From Promethearchaeota archaeon (GTDB lineage Archaea > Asgardarchaeota > Lokiarchaeia > Sigyniarchaeales > SOKP01): a stretch of DNA of 64,000 bases. Of the stretch, positions 1-10,154 are shown piece after piece. Made by a program: the position numbers and the translations under genes. Every line of letters starts with the position of its first letter. Position 1 is the first letter of the stretch. The stretch is taken from contig JAUVNS010000010.1 in the NCBI GenBank assembly GCA_030599585.1, positions 64,001 through 128,000 of the forward strand, in the 5' to 3' direction. The notes beneath the pieces are model-generated. The model had not been told where the DNA came from. It was given only the letters and a program-made list of their open reading frames with translations, and did not search any database.

Positions 1-57
1 ATTCTATATGAACAAGCATTAAAAAAAGACATTTTTTTTAATTATCATTTATTCTAA

Positions 58-1368
58 TTGTTGAAAATGAAAGAATCTGAATATATAACAATTGAAGAAG
101 CTTTGAAAAAAGGAACTGGTAAAGTTAATTTAAGGGGATGGGTATACCGACAAAGAGCCTCAAACAAGTTTGTTTTTATCGTGTTGAGAGATGAATCGGA
201 TATAATTCAATGCGTCATTCCTAAAAGTAAAAATCCAGAAATTTTTGAAAAAGCTGAAAAACTGACGATTGAATCTTCAGTTAAGATTTCTGGCGAGTTA
301 AAGGAAGATGTGAGAGCTCCCAATGGGTATGAAGTTTCTGTATCGGAGATGGAAATCATCCAAATTGCAGATCCCTTTCCAATAACTGAACACCAATCGC
401 CTGAACTTTTATACGACAATAGACATCTGTGGATACGATCAAGAAAACTGAACGCCGTTTTAAAAATACGTCACACTGTAGTCGGAGCGATACACAATTT
501 TTTCAGAGATCGTGGTTACTACGAGTTTGATGCGCCTATTTTCCAGCCTAGTCAATCTGAAGGTGGTGCTACGTTATTTGAAGTTAAATATTTTGATGAT
601 ATTATGTATCTTAGTCAAACATGGCAGTTGTACGCTGAAGCTGGTATCTTCTCGCTGGGTAAGATATATAATATGGGACCTACATTTCGAGCGGAGAAGT
701 CAAAAACTTCAAGACATTTAGCGGAATTTTGGATGGCAGAAATGGAAGCTGCATGGATGACACTCGATGGGGCTGTTAAAGTTGCTAAAGATGAAATTAG
801 ATTTATTGTCCAAGAAGTTTTGAAGCACAACAAAAAAGAACTTGAAATATTAGAAAGAGATATTAAATTACTAGAACATTACGCAAAATCTGAATACCCT
901 ACCATCAAGTACGCTGAAGCATTAGAAATTCTTAACAACAAATATCAAATGAATGTTCCGTGGGGTAAAGATTTAAGAACAAAAGAAGAGGAAAAAATAG
1001 CGGAACACTTCAAAGTCCCTGTAGTCGTAACGCATTATCCAACGGAGATAATGGGGTTTTATAAACCACCAAGTGAAGAAAATCCCAAAGAAGCGTTATG
1101 TTTTGACATGCTAGCTCCAGAAGGTTATTGTGAAATTATAGGAGGATCGGAAAGAAGTTTATTGGTCGAAGACATGAAAAGAAGATTGGAAGCCGACGGT
1201 GAAGACCCTGAGAATTATAGCTGGTATTTTGCATTGAGATGTTATGGCAGCGTTCCTCACTCGGGTTACGGTTTAGGAGTGGAACGTGTCGTCCAATGGA
1301 TGTGTGGTTTGGATAATATTAAAGACGCAATTCCCTTCCCAAGAACTATGTTAAGAAAATCACCTTAA
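58..1368 (+). CDS. asnS: asparagine--tRNA ligase (archaeal-type class IIb)
   Basis: N-terminal OB fold (LRGWVYRQR...FIVLRD), motif 2 FRAEKSKTSRHLAEF, motif 3 GSVPHSGYGLGVER typical of AsnRS; the start may be the ATG a few codons downstream. Confidence 0.9.
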   Translation: MLKMKESEYITIEEALKKGTGKVNLRGWVYRQRASNKFVFIVLRDESDIIQCVIPKSKNPEIFEKAEKLTIESSVKISGELKEDVRAPNGYEVSVSEMEIIQIADPFPITEHQSPELLYDNRHLWIRSRKLNAVLKIRHTVVGAIHNFFRDRGYYEFDAPIFQPSQSEGGATLFEVKYFDDIMYLSQTWQLYAEAGIFSLGKIYNMGPTFRAEKSKTSRHLAEFWMAEMEAAWMTLDGAVKVAKDEIRFIVQEVLKHNKKELEILERDIKLLEHYAKSEYPTIKYAEALEILNNKYQMNVPWGKDLRTKEEEKIAEHFKVPVVVTHYPTEIMGFYKPPSEENPKEALCFDMLAPEGYCEIIGGSERSLLVEDMKRRLEADGEDPENYSWYFALRCYGSVPHSGYGLGVERVVQWMCGLDNIKDAIPFPRTMLRKSP

Positions 1369-1386
1369 TCTAATTTTTTATTTAAA

Positions 1387-2286
1387 TTAAGCAGTTTCTG
1401 CTTTTAATAATCCGCTTAGCTTTAAGCCGTTTATCATCATTTCAACGTTAAAGGTAAAAAACATCTGGTTCCAAAATTTTGAATTTGGGATTAAGGTTCT
1501 ACAATATTTATTTGTTATAAAGTCGATTGATGGGTTTTCGTTATACCATTCAATTAAGGAGTCCTTTACTTTAAAGTATTGATCTTCCATTTCGTCTAAT
1601 ATTTGTTCAAGGTGTTTATCTTTCCATACTCCAAAATGTGCTAATGAGATTGAGTTTATATCGCTTCTCGTATCTCGTAATTTATTAAACGTTTTAAGAA
1701 GTTCTTGTTCATGAAAATCGGGCGGCATTAGAGGAACAAAAAAGGCATCTTGGTCTAACCTGTTTATAGCTGCATCTCCAGCGAATATATTTTTATTTGT
1801 TTTATCAAATAAACCAATAGAATCCATTGTATGTCCAAATAAATTTAGAACTTCTAGTTCTAACCCATTTATATCGATTATGTCACCTTCTTTTAATGGA
1901 GTAATCTCTCCTTCGAAAGGATATACCTCATCAAATCCCTCAAACCCCTTAATCATTTTTTCCGGATGTTTTAAATTTTCTACCGCATTTTCAGAAGCTA
2001 AAACTTCTACATCCAAATCTTTCATTGAATTATATAATTTTGAGATCCCTTGAGCATGATCCCAATGAGAGTGAGTTAATACGATTTTATGAATAGGGTA
2101 AAGCCCAAAATCTTTGAGTTTTTTTATAATTTTACGAGATTTTAATGTTTCTCCAACGTCAATCATTAATCGCATACCGTTGTTTTCAATGACGTAAATT
2201 GAAAGAAATTTAGGCATTCCCATTGTCATTCCGTCTATTAGATAATAGTTATCACCAAATTTCCCTTCAGAATTGATTATTACTAT
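1387..2286 (-). CDS. MBL-fold metallo-hydrolase (start extended to a putative ATA at 2286; ORF track starts at 2229)
   Basis: THSHWDH motif, GHT, FAGD and AHFG metal ligands; the frame stays open 19 codons upstream to an ATA that follows AGGTGA and an in-frame TAA. Confidence 0.85.
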   Translation of the reverse strand: MVIINSEGKFGDNYYLIDGMTMGMPKFLSIYVIENNGMRLMIDVGETLKSRKIIKKLKDFGLYPIHKIVLTHSHWDHAQGISKLYNSMKDLDVEVLASENAVENLKHPEKMIKGFEGFDEVYPFEGEITPLKEGDIIDINGLELEVLNLFGHTMDSIGLFDKTNKNIFAGDAAINRLDQDAFFVPLMPPDFHEQELLKTFNKLRDTRSDINSISLAHFGVWKDKHLEQILDEMEDQYFKVKDSLIEWYNENPSIDFITNKYCRTLIPNSKFWNQMFFTFNVEMMINGLKLSGLLKAETA

Positions 2287-2483
2287 TTAGATCACCTTTC
2301 ATTTTAATGTTATATTTTTTTTGGCAAAATTAATATAGAAAATAGATTGTTTTGGATTTAAACTTTAAGGAAGGAAATAGCAAAATGAATTGAATGAAAA
2401 ATGAGTAAAGTTTTTAGTGTACTTGAATTTATAAGTTTAAGAAATAAGGATTAACTGTTCCTTATTGATTCTCTTTTAGTGAT

Positions 2484-3971
2484 TTGGTGTCAATGAAGCT
2501 CTATGAATACATGGGATATGAATTAATTGAAAAGATTAAAGATAGAGACATTAAAATACAAGATATTCTTGAATCATGTCATAAGAGAATAGATGAAGTT
2601 GAGTCCAAACTACACTCATTTGTAAATCTCGATAAAGAAAAGAGTTCAGAAAAAGCAAAAACATATGATGAAAATTTAAAGAAGGGAAAAACAATAGGAA
2701 AACTTTTTGGATTACCCCTAGCTAATAAAGATTTAATCTGCGTAAATGGGTTTCCAACGACTTGTGGCTCAAAAATATTGGAAGGATTTCGTCCTCCTTA
2801 CAATGCATTCGTTATCGATCGTCTTATAAAAGAAGCGGCTATTCATATTGGCAATACAAATATGGACGAGTTTGCAATGGGAGGTTCCACAGAAAATAGT
2901 TGTTATGGACCTACTTATAATCCTTGGGACTTAACTAGAGTTCCAGGAGGATCGAGCGGAGGGTCTGCTGCCGCAGTTGCTTCAGGTCAAGCTATTTTTG
3001 CTTTAGGAAGCGATACAGGGGGGAGTATTAGATGCCCCGCAGCGTTTTGTGGAGTTGTAGGGTTAAAACCTACTTATGGAAGAGTATCGCGTTATGGATT
3101 AGTCGCATTTGCAAATTCATTGGATCAAATTGGTCCAATTACAAAATGTGTTTATGATTCAGCATTAGTCCTTGAAATCATATCAGGTAAGGACCCCCTC
3201 GATTCTACATCGGTAGATATTAAAGTGGATAAATATACAGAAGAGATAAAAAAACCGATTGAAAAAAAAGTACTTGGAATCCCAAAAGAATTTTTCGGAG
3301 AAGCGATTAATAAAGAAGTGAAGAAGTCGATAAATCAATCAATCGAGAAATTGGAAGGTTTAGGAGTAACTACGGTTGAGGTTTCAATTCCTCATTTAGA
3401 ATACACAATCGCTACATATTATTTATTGTGCATGTGCGAAGCAAGCTCAAATTTAGCTAGATATGACGGATTAAGGTATGGTAAAGTCAAAGACGCTCTT
3501 TCGGGGGATGTTTATAGTGCGTTTAGTAGAACGCGAGGAGAAAATTTTGGACCTGAAGTAAGAAGAAGGATTTATTTAGGGACATTTGCACTATCGGCAG
3601 GATATTATGATATGTTTTATATTAAAGCCTTGAAAGTTAGGGCTCTAATCAGAAGAGATTTTGTTGAAGCATTTAAGAAATGTGATTCGCTAGTCTGCCC
3701 AACAATGCCTTCAACAGCGTTTAAGGTTGGATCTTTAATTGAAGATCCGCTGGAAATGTATACTCAAGATATCTTAACTTGTTCTGTTAATTTAGCGGGA
3801 CTTCCAGCACTTTCAATCCCATGTGGTTTTGATAGCAATAATTTACCTATAGGTTTTCAGATTATTGGAGATTATTTTGATGAAAAAGGAATTCTTAATA
3901 TTGGCTTTCAGCTTGAACAAGAGTTAGGTATTTTTCGAAAAACACCCCCATTGACAAGTGGAGGTAAGTAA
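2484..3971 (+). CDS. gatA: Asp-tRNA(Asn)/Glu-tRNA(Gln) amidotransferase subunit A
   Basis: Amidase signature GGSSGGSAAAV, GSDTGGSIRCPA, SSNLARYDG, FGPEVRRRI. Confidence 0.95.
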   Translation: MVSMKLYEYMGYELIEKIKDRDIKIQDILESCHKRIDEVESKLHSFVNLDKEKSSEKAKTYDENLKKGKTIGKLFGLPLANKDLICVNGFPTTCGSKILEGFRPPYNAFVIDRLIKEAAIHIGNTNMDEFAMGGSTENSCYGPTYNPWDLTRVPGGSSGGSAAAVASGQAIFALGSDTGGSIRCPAAFCGVVGLKPTYGRVSRYGLVAFANSLDQIGPITKCVYDSALVLEIISGKDPLDSTSVDIKVDKYTEEIKKPIEKKVLGIPKEFFGEAINKEVKKSINQSIEKLEGLGVTTVEVSIPHLEYTIATYYLLCMCEASSNLARYDGLRYGKVKDALSGDVYSAFSRTRGENFGPEVRRRIYLGTFALSAGYYDMFYIKALKVRALIRRDFVEAFKKCDSLVCPTMPSTAFKVGSLIEDPLEMYTQDILTCSVNLAGLPALSIPCGFDSNNLPIGFQIIGDYFDEKGILNIGFQLEQELGIFRKTPPLTSGGK

Positions 3972-5430
3972 TCTGAGTGAACAAGACAAAAAAGTGATTA
4001 TTGGATTAGAAGTCCACATTCAATTGACTAATCTAAAAACAAAACTGTTTTGTAGTTGTAGCAACGATTATCGCAATGCAGAGCCTAACACTCACATATG
4101 CCCTATTTGTTTAGGTTTACCTGGATCCCTCCCAGTTATAAATGAGAAATCAATAGATTATGCTACTAGATTAGCTTTAGCTTTAGAATGTAATATCAAT
4201 CGTCACTTTTGGTTTTTTCGTAAGAATTATCATTATCCAGACTTAGCAAAGGGGTTTCAAATTAGTCAGTACAATAAAGCGGGAGGTAAAGCTTTTGCTG
4301 ATAAGGGTAAAATTACGATTAGATTAAATAATCACAAAAAAGAGATCTTATTAAACAGAATTCATCTGGAAGAGGATCCTGCGAGATTAGTTCATAAAGG
4401 AAGTATCGCAACGTCACCATATACATTAGTGGATTACAATCGCTCGGGAGTTTGTCTTATTGAAATCGTTACTGAACCGGTTATTAGTTCACCTGAAGAA
4501 GCAAGAGAATTTCTAAAACAACTGAAATCTATTATTCAATACACGGGGATTTCTAACATCGAGCTAGAGGGCTCTGTTAGAGTGGATGCTAACATTTCGC
4601 TAAAAGGAAACAAACGTAGTGAAGTAAAAAACATCAACAGTTTCAGAGAAGTTGAAAGAGCATTAAGACACGAGATTATTAGGCAAAAAAACGCATTAAA
4701 AAGGGGAAAAATATTAATTCAAGAAACAAGACATTGGGACGATAAACTGAGGATCACACAATCATTACGGTCAAAAGAATTCGAAGAAGATTATCGCTAT
4801 TTTCCTGAGCAAGACTTAGGCCCAATCGAAGTTGATAATTCATTTATAGAGCAGATTAAAAGTGATTTGCCGGAAATGCCAACAGAAAGAGCACATAGGC
4901 TTCGTAGAGAATATATGTTATCTGAATTTGATTCAGAAAATTTAGTATTAGATAAACGCATTGCGGATTTTTTTGAAGCTGGAGCAAACGCCGATCCAAC
5001 TTTTGGATCTAAAGAATACAAACAATACTGTAATTGGTTAATGAACAATATATCTGGTTGGCTAAACGAGCATAATTTAACAATTGATAAAACTAAGCTT
5101 ACTCCTAAACACATCCGCGATTTAATCAAATATATACGTGAAGGGAAAATTACATCTAAAATTGCTAAGAGTTTTGTTGATGATGTCATGAGAGGGAATT
5201 CAGTTTCTCAGATTATCAAAGAAAGAGGTCGGACTCGACTTTCTGATGAAAATATCATTAAAAAAATGTGTAACGATGTAATTGATGAAAATCCTCTTAT
5301 TGTTAAAGATTTTTTTAAAAATCCAAAAGCGTTAGAAGCCTTAATCGGTCGTGTTATGGCCAAAACTAAAGGTCAAGCTGATCCTAGTATTACGAGAGAG
5401 ATTATGTCTAATTTATTAAAAAATATTTAA
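3958..5430 (+). CDS. gatB: Asp-tRNA(Asn)/Glu-tRNA(Gln) amidotransferase subunit B (probable true start CTG at 3973)
   Basis: IGLEVH, RKNYHYPDL, HLEED, EVKNINSF, DYRYFPE motifs and a C-terminal YqeY-like domain. Confidence 0.95.
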   Translation: MEVSNLSEQDKKVIIGLEVHIQLTNLKTKLFCSCSNDYRNAEPNTHICPICLGLPGSLPVINEKSIDYATRLALALECNINRHFWFFRKNYHYPDLAKGFQISQYNKAGGKAFADKGKITIRLNNHKKEILLNRIHLEEDPARLVHKGSIATSPYTLVDYNRSGVCLIEIVTEPVISSPEEAREFLKQLKSIIQYTGISNIELEGSVRVDANISLKGNKRSEVKNINSFREVERALRHEIIRQKNALKRGKILIQETRHWDDKLRITQSLRSKEFEEDYRYFPEQDLGPIEVDNSFIEQIKSDLPEMPTERAHRLRREYMLSEFDSENLVLDKRIADFFEAGANADPTFGSKEYKQYCNWLMNNISGWLNEHNLTIDKTKLTPKHIRDLIKYIREGKITSKIAKSFVDDVMRGNSVSQIIKERGRTRLSDENIIKKMCNDVIDENPLIVKDFFKNPKALEALIGRVMAKTKGQADPSITREIMSNLLKNI

Positions 5431-5453
5431 AAACAGGAAAAATAAAAAGGTAA

Positions 5454-5810
5454 CTATAGAAGACCTTTTAGAGCGTCTCCTGCTGCTCCTAACTTCAGAT
5501 TAATTATACCAAGTTTCGCATCGGTGGTAGCAATAATTGTTAAGATATTTCCCTCAACTTCACTAAAGAGTATTTTACCTTTTGCACTTTCAATTATTGC
5601 ATTGAAAAATTGGCCCTGTTCCAATTCTTTTGTTGCTCTTTGAGAGGCTTTCAGAATAAGGGTAACCATAGCTGCAACGGCTTCTGGATCGACCCACCCC
5701 GGTAAAGCGCTCCCTTTAATTAAGCCAAATTTCTCAATAATGGCTGCTCCATGAACTCCCTTTATTGATTTAAGACTTTCCAGTACTTGTTTAATCCTTT
5801 CTTCACTCAT
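5454..5810 (-). CDS. roadblock/LC7 domain protein
   Basis: 118 aa; IKGVHGAAII..GL, helix AVAAM, then a beta-hairpin and a C-terminal LG helix match the roadblock pattern. Confidence 0.85.
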   Translation of the reverse strand: MSEERIKQVLESLKSIKGVHGAAIIEKFGLIKGSALPGWVDPEAVAAMVTLILKASQRATKELEQGQFFNAIIESAKGKILFSEVEGNILTIIATTDAKLGIINLKLGAAGDALKGLL

Positions 5811-5942
5811 TTAAACCATTTTAATATGCTTATTTAGAATTATTAGAATAATCTTGTTATTGATATTTAAGATTTAATATTATTTAAGTATTCAAATTTT
5901 GGAATTTAAAAAAAAGAAGGTAAGATAATTACGATTTTGGTT

Positions 5943-6983
5943 TTATAATTTTATGACCTTTCCCCACTTATCAAGAAGAATCGCGATAATAGACATTACG
6001 ATTACCATTAGTATGAAAATTAATATATCCATATCCAAACCAATCACATCACTTAGTAAAAACTCTAAGACGATCGCTATCACATAAATTATAAATGGTG
6101 ATTTTCCATAACTATCTAAAATGAATATCGGCTTCTGAACTTTTTTGTCAATGCCTATGAAAATAAACGACAACAGAATCGAGGCTCCTAAACTGATTGA
6201 TATATATGTTAAGGTTACCTGACGCTTATTTGGATACCATCCAGGAACCAACCAAAGTAACAAACCTCCTAATAAAGCTATAGCGCCAACAATCGCGTAA
6301 ATTTGATATTTCTTTTTATCGGTATATTCTTTGTTTAGTAGCATTACTTCGCCTAAGCAGGTTGCGTAAATCATTATAACGGAAAAACTAAAAATCGTCC
6401 CAAAAATACCACCGTGGATAGATATAATCGCATATTCTCGCCAACCTCCAAAGAGAAGCATTAATTGATAGAATACCAGCAGAGTTGTTGCTACGATTGC
6501 GCGGAGCTTAGGTTTTAACCATAGGAATGGTATAGTCATCAATCCTACTAGTCCGAGAGTAGGTAAAACATCCCAAATGATAACGGGAACTTCCCCTACC
6601 ATCGTTATTATTTCACCGTGGTCAATGAAAATCACTAAAAAACCGAGAAGAAAAATTATCCCATAACGAATAACCATGTGCCTAACCGCCTTAGTTACTC
6701 CATCTCTTACTTTTCTATGTGAAAAAGACAAGGGCATGAGTAATCCCATTATAAAAATAAAAGCAGGAGCGCCGATATCGTAAAAATTCATATATTCGAC
6801 TATAGTTTGATTTGGTGGGTGTGCAAGAAAGAATCGGGCGATTTCAGACCCTTCCCTAAACATTGTAGGAAGAAATTCTGTAATAACAAGTAAAACCATT
6901 ATAAAACCTCTTGCATGATCGATCCAGTAATATCGTTCCCGTTGCGATTGAGTTTCTTTAATGTCTAGTTTCTCATCACTCAC
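5943..6983 (-). CDS. multi-pass membrane acyltransferase, HGSNAT/DUF1624-like
   Basis: N-terminal R..WID.ARG..M motif, D...PAF.F.MG, YPNK motif and many TM helices. Confidence 0.65.
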   Translation of the reverse strand: MSDEKLDIKETQSQRERYYWIDHARGFIMVLLVITEFLPTMFREGSEIARFFLAHPPNQTIVEYMNFYDIGAPAFIFIMGLLMPLSFSHRKVRDGVTKAVRHMVIRYGIIFLLGFLVIFIDHGEIITMVGEVPVIIWDVLPTLGLVGLMTIPFLWLKPKLRAIVATTLLVFYQLMLLFGGWREYAIISIHGGIFGTIFSFSVIMIYATCLGEVMLLNKEYTDKKKYQIYAIVGAIALLGGLLLWLVPGWYPNKRQVTLTYISISLGASILLSFIFIGIDKKVQKPIFILDSYGKSPFIIYVIAIVLEFLLSDVIGLDMDILIFILMVIVMSIIAILLDKWGKVIKL

Positions 6984-7194
6984 ATTTGATCAACTTTTTT
7001 CATTAAATCGTTTAAGATTTGATATTATTAAGTATTTTAATTGATATTTATGGTTTCATTTTATTTAAGTGTAAAAATTTTAGCTATTTTTGCATGATGA
7101 AAATCCTTTTTTAAAAATAAAAAATATTAGTAAACATTCATTTAGTTATTTTATATTTAAAAAATAAGCAGCGTGGATAATTGAGGTTATAAGA

Positions 7195-8190
7195 ATGAAT
7201 GATTTTGAAAGAATGACAATTTCAGCTCAAAAGGCAATGATTCATGTATTAAATTTGAAAAAAGAAGATGTTGTATTAGTCGTAACTGACGAACATACCA
7301 AAAGAGAAGGTGAAGCTTTTTTCACTGCAGCAATTGAGTACGGATGTAAGGCATATTTATATTTTTTACTCGAAAATAACCGTCCCTTAGCGGAAATACC
7401 CCCCGAATTAAGTTCGCTAGTTGGAGGAAAAACTGTAGTTATTAATGCATTTAAGGGATTGAGTGAAGAAACTCCTTTTCGAGTTAAATGGTTAGACCAT
7501 GTTCTTGATACTAAATCAATTAGAGTAGGTCATTGTCCAGGGATTACTAAATCGATGATGATTGAAGGTCCTATGAACATAGATTATAAAAAAATGGTAG
7601 GTGTAGCAAATAAGATGATAAACAGTTTTAAAAACGCTAAAGAAGTGCATATAACAGCACCGGGAGGAACCGATATTATTTTGTGTATAGAAGATCGTGG
7701 ATTTTCAACTGATGTTCAACTTATTAACAATGATCATATTGCTAATTTACCATGCGGCGAAATATGGTGTGGCCCAGTCGAAACTATGGGCGATGGTTTA
7801 ATAGTGTGTGATGGCTCCATTGGAGATATAGGTAATGTAAGTAAACCATTGAAGATTTTTGTAGAAAAAGGTAAAATTATCAATATTGAAAGTGATGATC
7901 AAAAATTAGTAAAAGCTATTGAAAAACTAATAAATGTGGATGAAGAAGCTAAAATCATTGGAGAGTTAGGAATAGGTTTCAATCCTGGTGCCAAATTAAC
8001 TGGAAATTTGCTCGAGGATGAAAAAGCCCTTCAAACAGCTCATATTGCTTTTGGAAACAATGAAGATATGGATGGAGGACAGAACAAGTCAAAAACCCAT
8101 AGAGATTTCTTATTCCATAAACCAACAATGAAAGTTACTTTCAAGGATGATTCATCTCAGACTTTAATGAAAGAAGGTGAAATCCTTTAA
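7195..8190 (+). CDS. aminopeptidase, M29 (thermophilic metalloprotease)-like
   Basis: NLPCGE, GELGIGFNP, EDEK...HIAFG and H.D motifs. Confidence 0.8.
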   Translation: MNDFERMTISAQKAMIHVLNLKKEDVVLVVTDEHTKREGEAFFTAAIEYGCKAYLYFLLENNRPLAEIPPELSSLVGGKTVVINAFKGLSEETPFRVKWLDHVLDTKSIRVGHCPGITKSMMIEGPMNIDYKKMVGVANKMINSFKNAKEVHITAPGGTDIILCIEDRGFSTDVQLINNDHIANLPCGEIWCGPVETMGDGLIVCDGSIGDIGNVSKPLKIFVEKGKIINIESDDQKLVKAIEKLINVDEEAKIIGELGIGFNPGAKLTGNLLEDEKALQTAHIAFGNNEDMDGGQNKSKTHRDFLFHKPTMKVTFKDDSSQTLMKEGEIL

Positions 8191-8267
8191 TTTCGCTTCC
8201 TTTGAAAACATTATTTTGAAGAAAACTCAAAATAAAAAATATTAACAAACCTACATTTTAATAATTC

Positions 8268-9695
8268 ATGTTAAGACAAGCAATCAAATGGGTAAGAGCG
8301 AATCGAGAATTGTTAATTGATATTAGCGATCAGATTTGGCAATTTGCAGAATTAGGATTAGAAGAGTTTAAATCTTCTAGCATTTTAAAAAAAACTCTTA
8401 ATGAAGCAGGATTTTCGGTATCATCTAATGTTGCCGATATGCCAACTGCTTTTTACGCTGATTATGGTAAAGGTAAACCAGTCATAGGCATATTAGGAGA
8501 ATATGACGCTCTCCCGGGGCTAAGTCAAAAAGCAACGCCTTTTAAAGAGGTACTAACTGAAGGCGCTCCAGGTCATGGATGTGGACATAATCTTTTGGGA
8601 GTAGGTTCGTTAGGAGCAGTATTAGCAGTTAAAGACGCTATTGATTTAGGGAGTATAAGTGGAACTATACGCTATTATGGTTGTCCTGCTGAGGAGACTT
8701 TCAATGCAAAGGGATATATGATACGAGAAGGGTTGTTCGACGATGTAGATATCGCAATGACATGGCATCCCGGAAATTTCAACATGTTAAATCTGATGAG
8801 CTCTTTAGCAATAAACTCGGTAGTTTTTAAATTTCACGGACGTACTGCCCATGCAGCTGGAGATCCTCAAAATGGGAGGAGTGCTTTAGACGCCGTTGAG
8901 TTAATGAATATAGGAGCTAATTTCATGCGAGAACATATGATTTCTGAAGCAAGACTGCATTATGTTATAACCCATGGGGGTGATGTTCCAAATGTAGTGC
9001 CTGCTGAAGCAGAAGTGCATTATTTTGTGCGCGCTCCAGAACGTCATCAAGTTGAAGAATTATACGCTAGACTTATTAACATCGCTAAAGGTGCGACTTT
9101 AATGACAGATACAACTATGGAAATCGATTTTTTAAGTGGCATGTACAACACAATGTATACGAAAGTAGTCGACGATGTCATTTCAAGCGCCATGAAAAAA
9201 GTTGGTACCCCTAGATTTAATAGAGATGATATAACCTTTGCCAATGAACTAAAGAAATCTGTTCCAAAAAATTCACTTGAGGGATACTACAGACTCATAC
9301 CCCCCGATATGTTGGATTTTGCAAAAGCTATTTTAAGTCAACCTCTAAATAAAATAATAGTTCCTCCAATGGGAAAAGGTAAAGTTATGCCTGGATCTAC
9401 GGATGTGGCAGATGTTTCTTGGAAAGTACCTCTTGGAGAATTTGGGACAGCTTGTGAGATTTTGGGATCTCCCGGGCATTCTTGGCAAAATGTAGCCACT
9501 TCGGGGATGAGCATCGGCCACAAAGGGATGTTAACGGCGGCGAAAATATTAGCTGTGTCCGCTCTTGAATTCATGCAAAATCCGAATTTAGTTGAAAATG
9601 CGCGTAAGGAACACAATTTAGCCCATAAGGATAAACCATACAAATCAGCACTTCCTGACGGATTAAAACCGCCTTTCCGTAGGCTTAAAAAATAA
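8268..9695 (+). CDS. M20 amidohydrolase, p-aminobenzoyl-glutamate hydrolase subunit B (AbgB)-like
   Basis: EYDALPGLSQ, GHGCGHN, GCPAEE, WHP, GSTDVADVSW, PGHSWQ. Confidence 0.85.
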   Translation: MLRQAIKWVRANRELLIDISDQIWQFAELGLEEFKSSSILKKTLNEAGFSVSSNVADMPTAFYADYGKGKPVIGILGEYDALPGLSQKATPFKEVLTEGAPGHGCGHNLLGVGSLGAVLAVKDAIDLGSISGTIRYYGCPAEETFNAKGYMIREGLFDDVDIAMTWHPGNFNMLNLMSSLAINSVVFKFHGRTAHAAGDPQNGRSALDAVELMNIGANFMREHMISEARLHYVITHGGDVPNVVPAEAEVHYFVRAPERHQVEELYARLINIAKGATLMTDTTMEIDFLSGMYNTMYTKVVDDVISSAMKKVGTPRFNRDDITFANELKKSVPKNSLEGYYRLIPPDMLDFAKAILSQPLNKIIVPPMGKGKVMPGSTDVADVSWKVPLGEFGTACEILGSPGHSWQNVATSGMSIGHKGMLTAAKILAVSALEFMQNPNLVENARKEHNLAHKDKPYKSALPDGLKPPFRRLKK

Positions 9696-9828
9696 AATTT
9701 TTATATTATTTTAATTAAATTATTTTTTCTACTCTATTTTTCATACATATTTAAACAACAATTGGTCTCTTTAAGAGTTAAATATTCCAACCTACTTCTT
9801 AAATTAAGAAAAATCAAGAAAATATAGA

Positions 9829-10116
9829 GTGATCATGAGTAAAGTAATTAAATGGCAATATCCTGATTTCTTTGAACCAAGAAGAGAGAAGTTAGTAAAT
9901 CTTCTTTTTAGTGAGATTATTTTTTTAAAAAGTCATATGAAGAAATTAACTTTAAATGAAAATACCGGAGGCATTGAAACCGCTTTAGATAAATTAGATT
10001 ACCTACTAAATACGCTAAAAAATAATGACACAGAATTATCTGATAAAGATTTTGATAAAGTAGTACTAATCATCTATCAAATATTCAAAGAGATCGTAAA
10101 CAAATTAGAGTGCTAA
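9829..10116 (+). CDS. hypothetical helical protein
   Basis: Isolated ORF filling an intergenic gap; no recognisable motif. Confidence 0.5.
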   Translation: MIMSKVIKWQYPDFFEPRREKLVNLLFSEIIFLKSHMKKLTLNENTGGIETALDKLDYLLNTLKNNDTELSDKDFDKVVLIIYQIFKEIVNKLEC

Positions 10117-10154
10117 CTATAATAAAATTAAAAAAATAAAAAGATTAATTTTTT

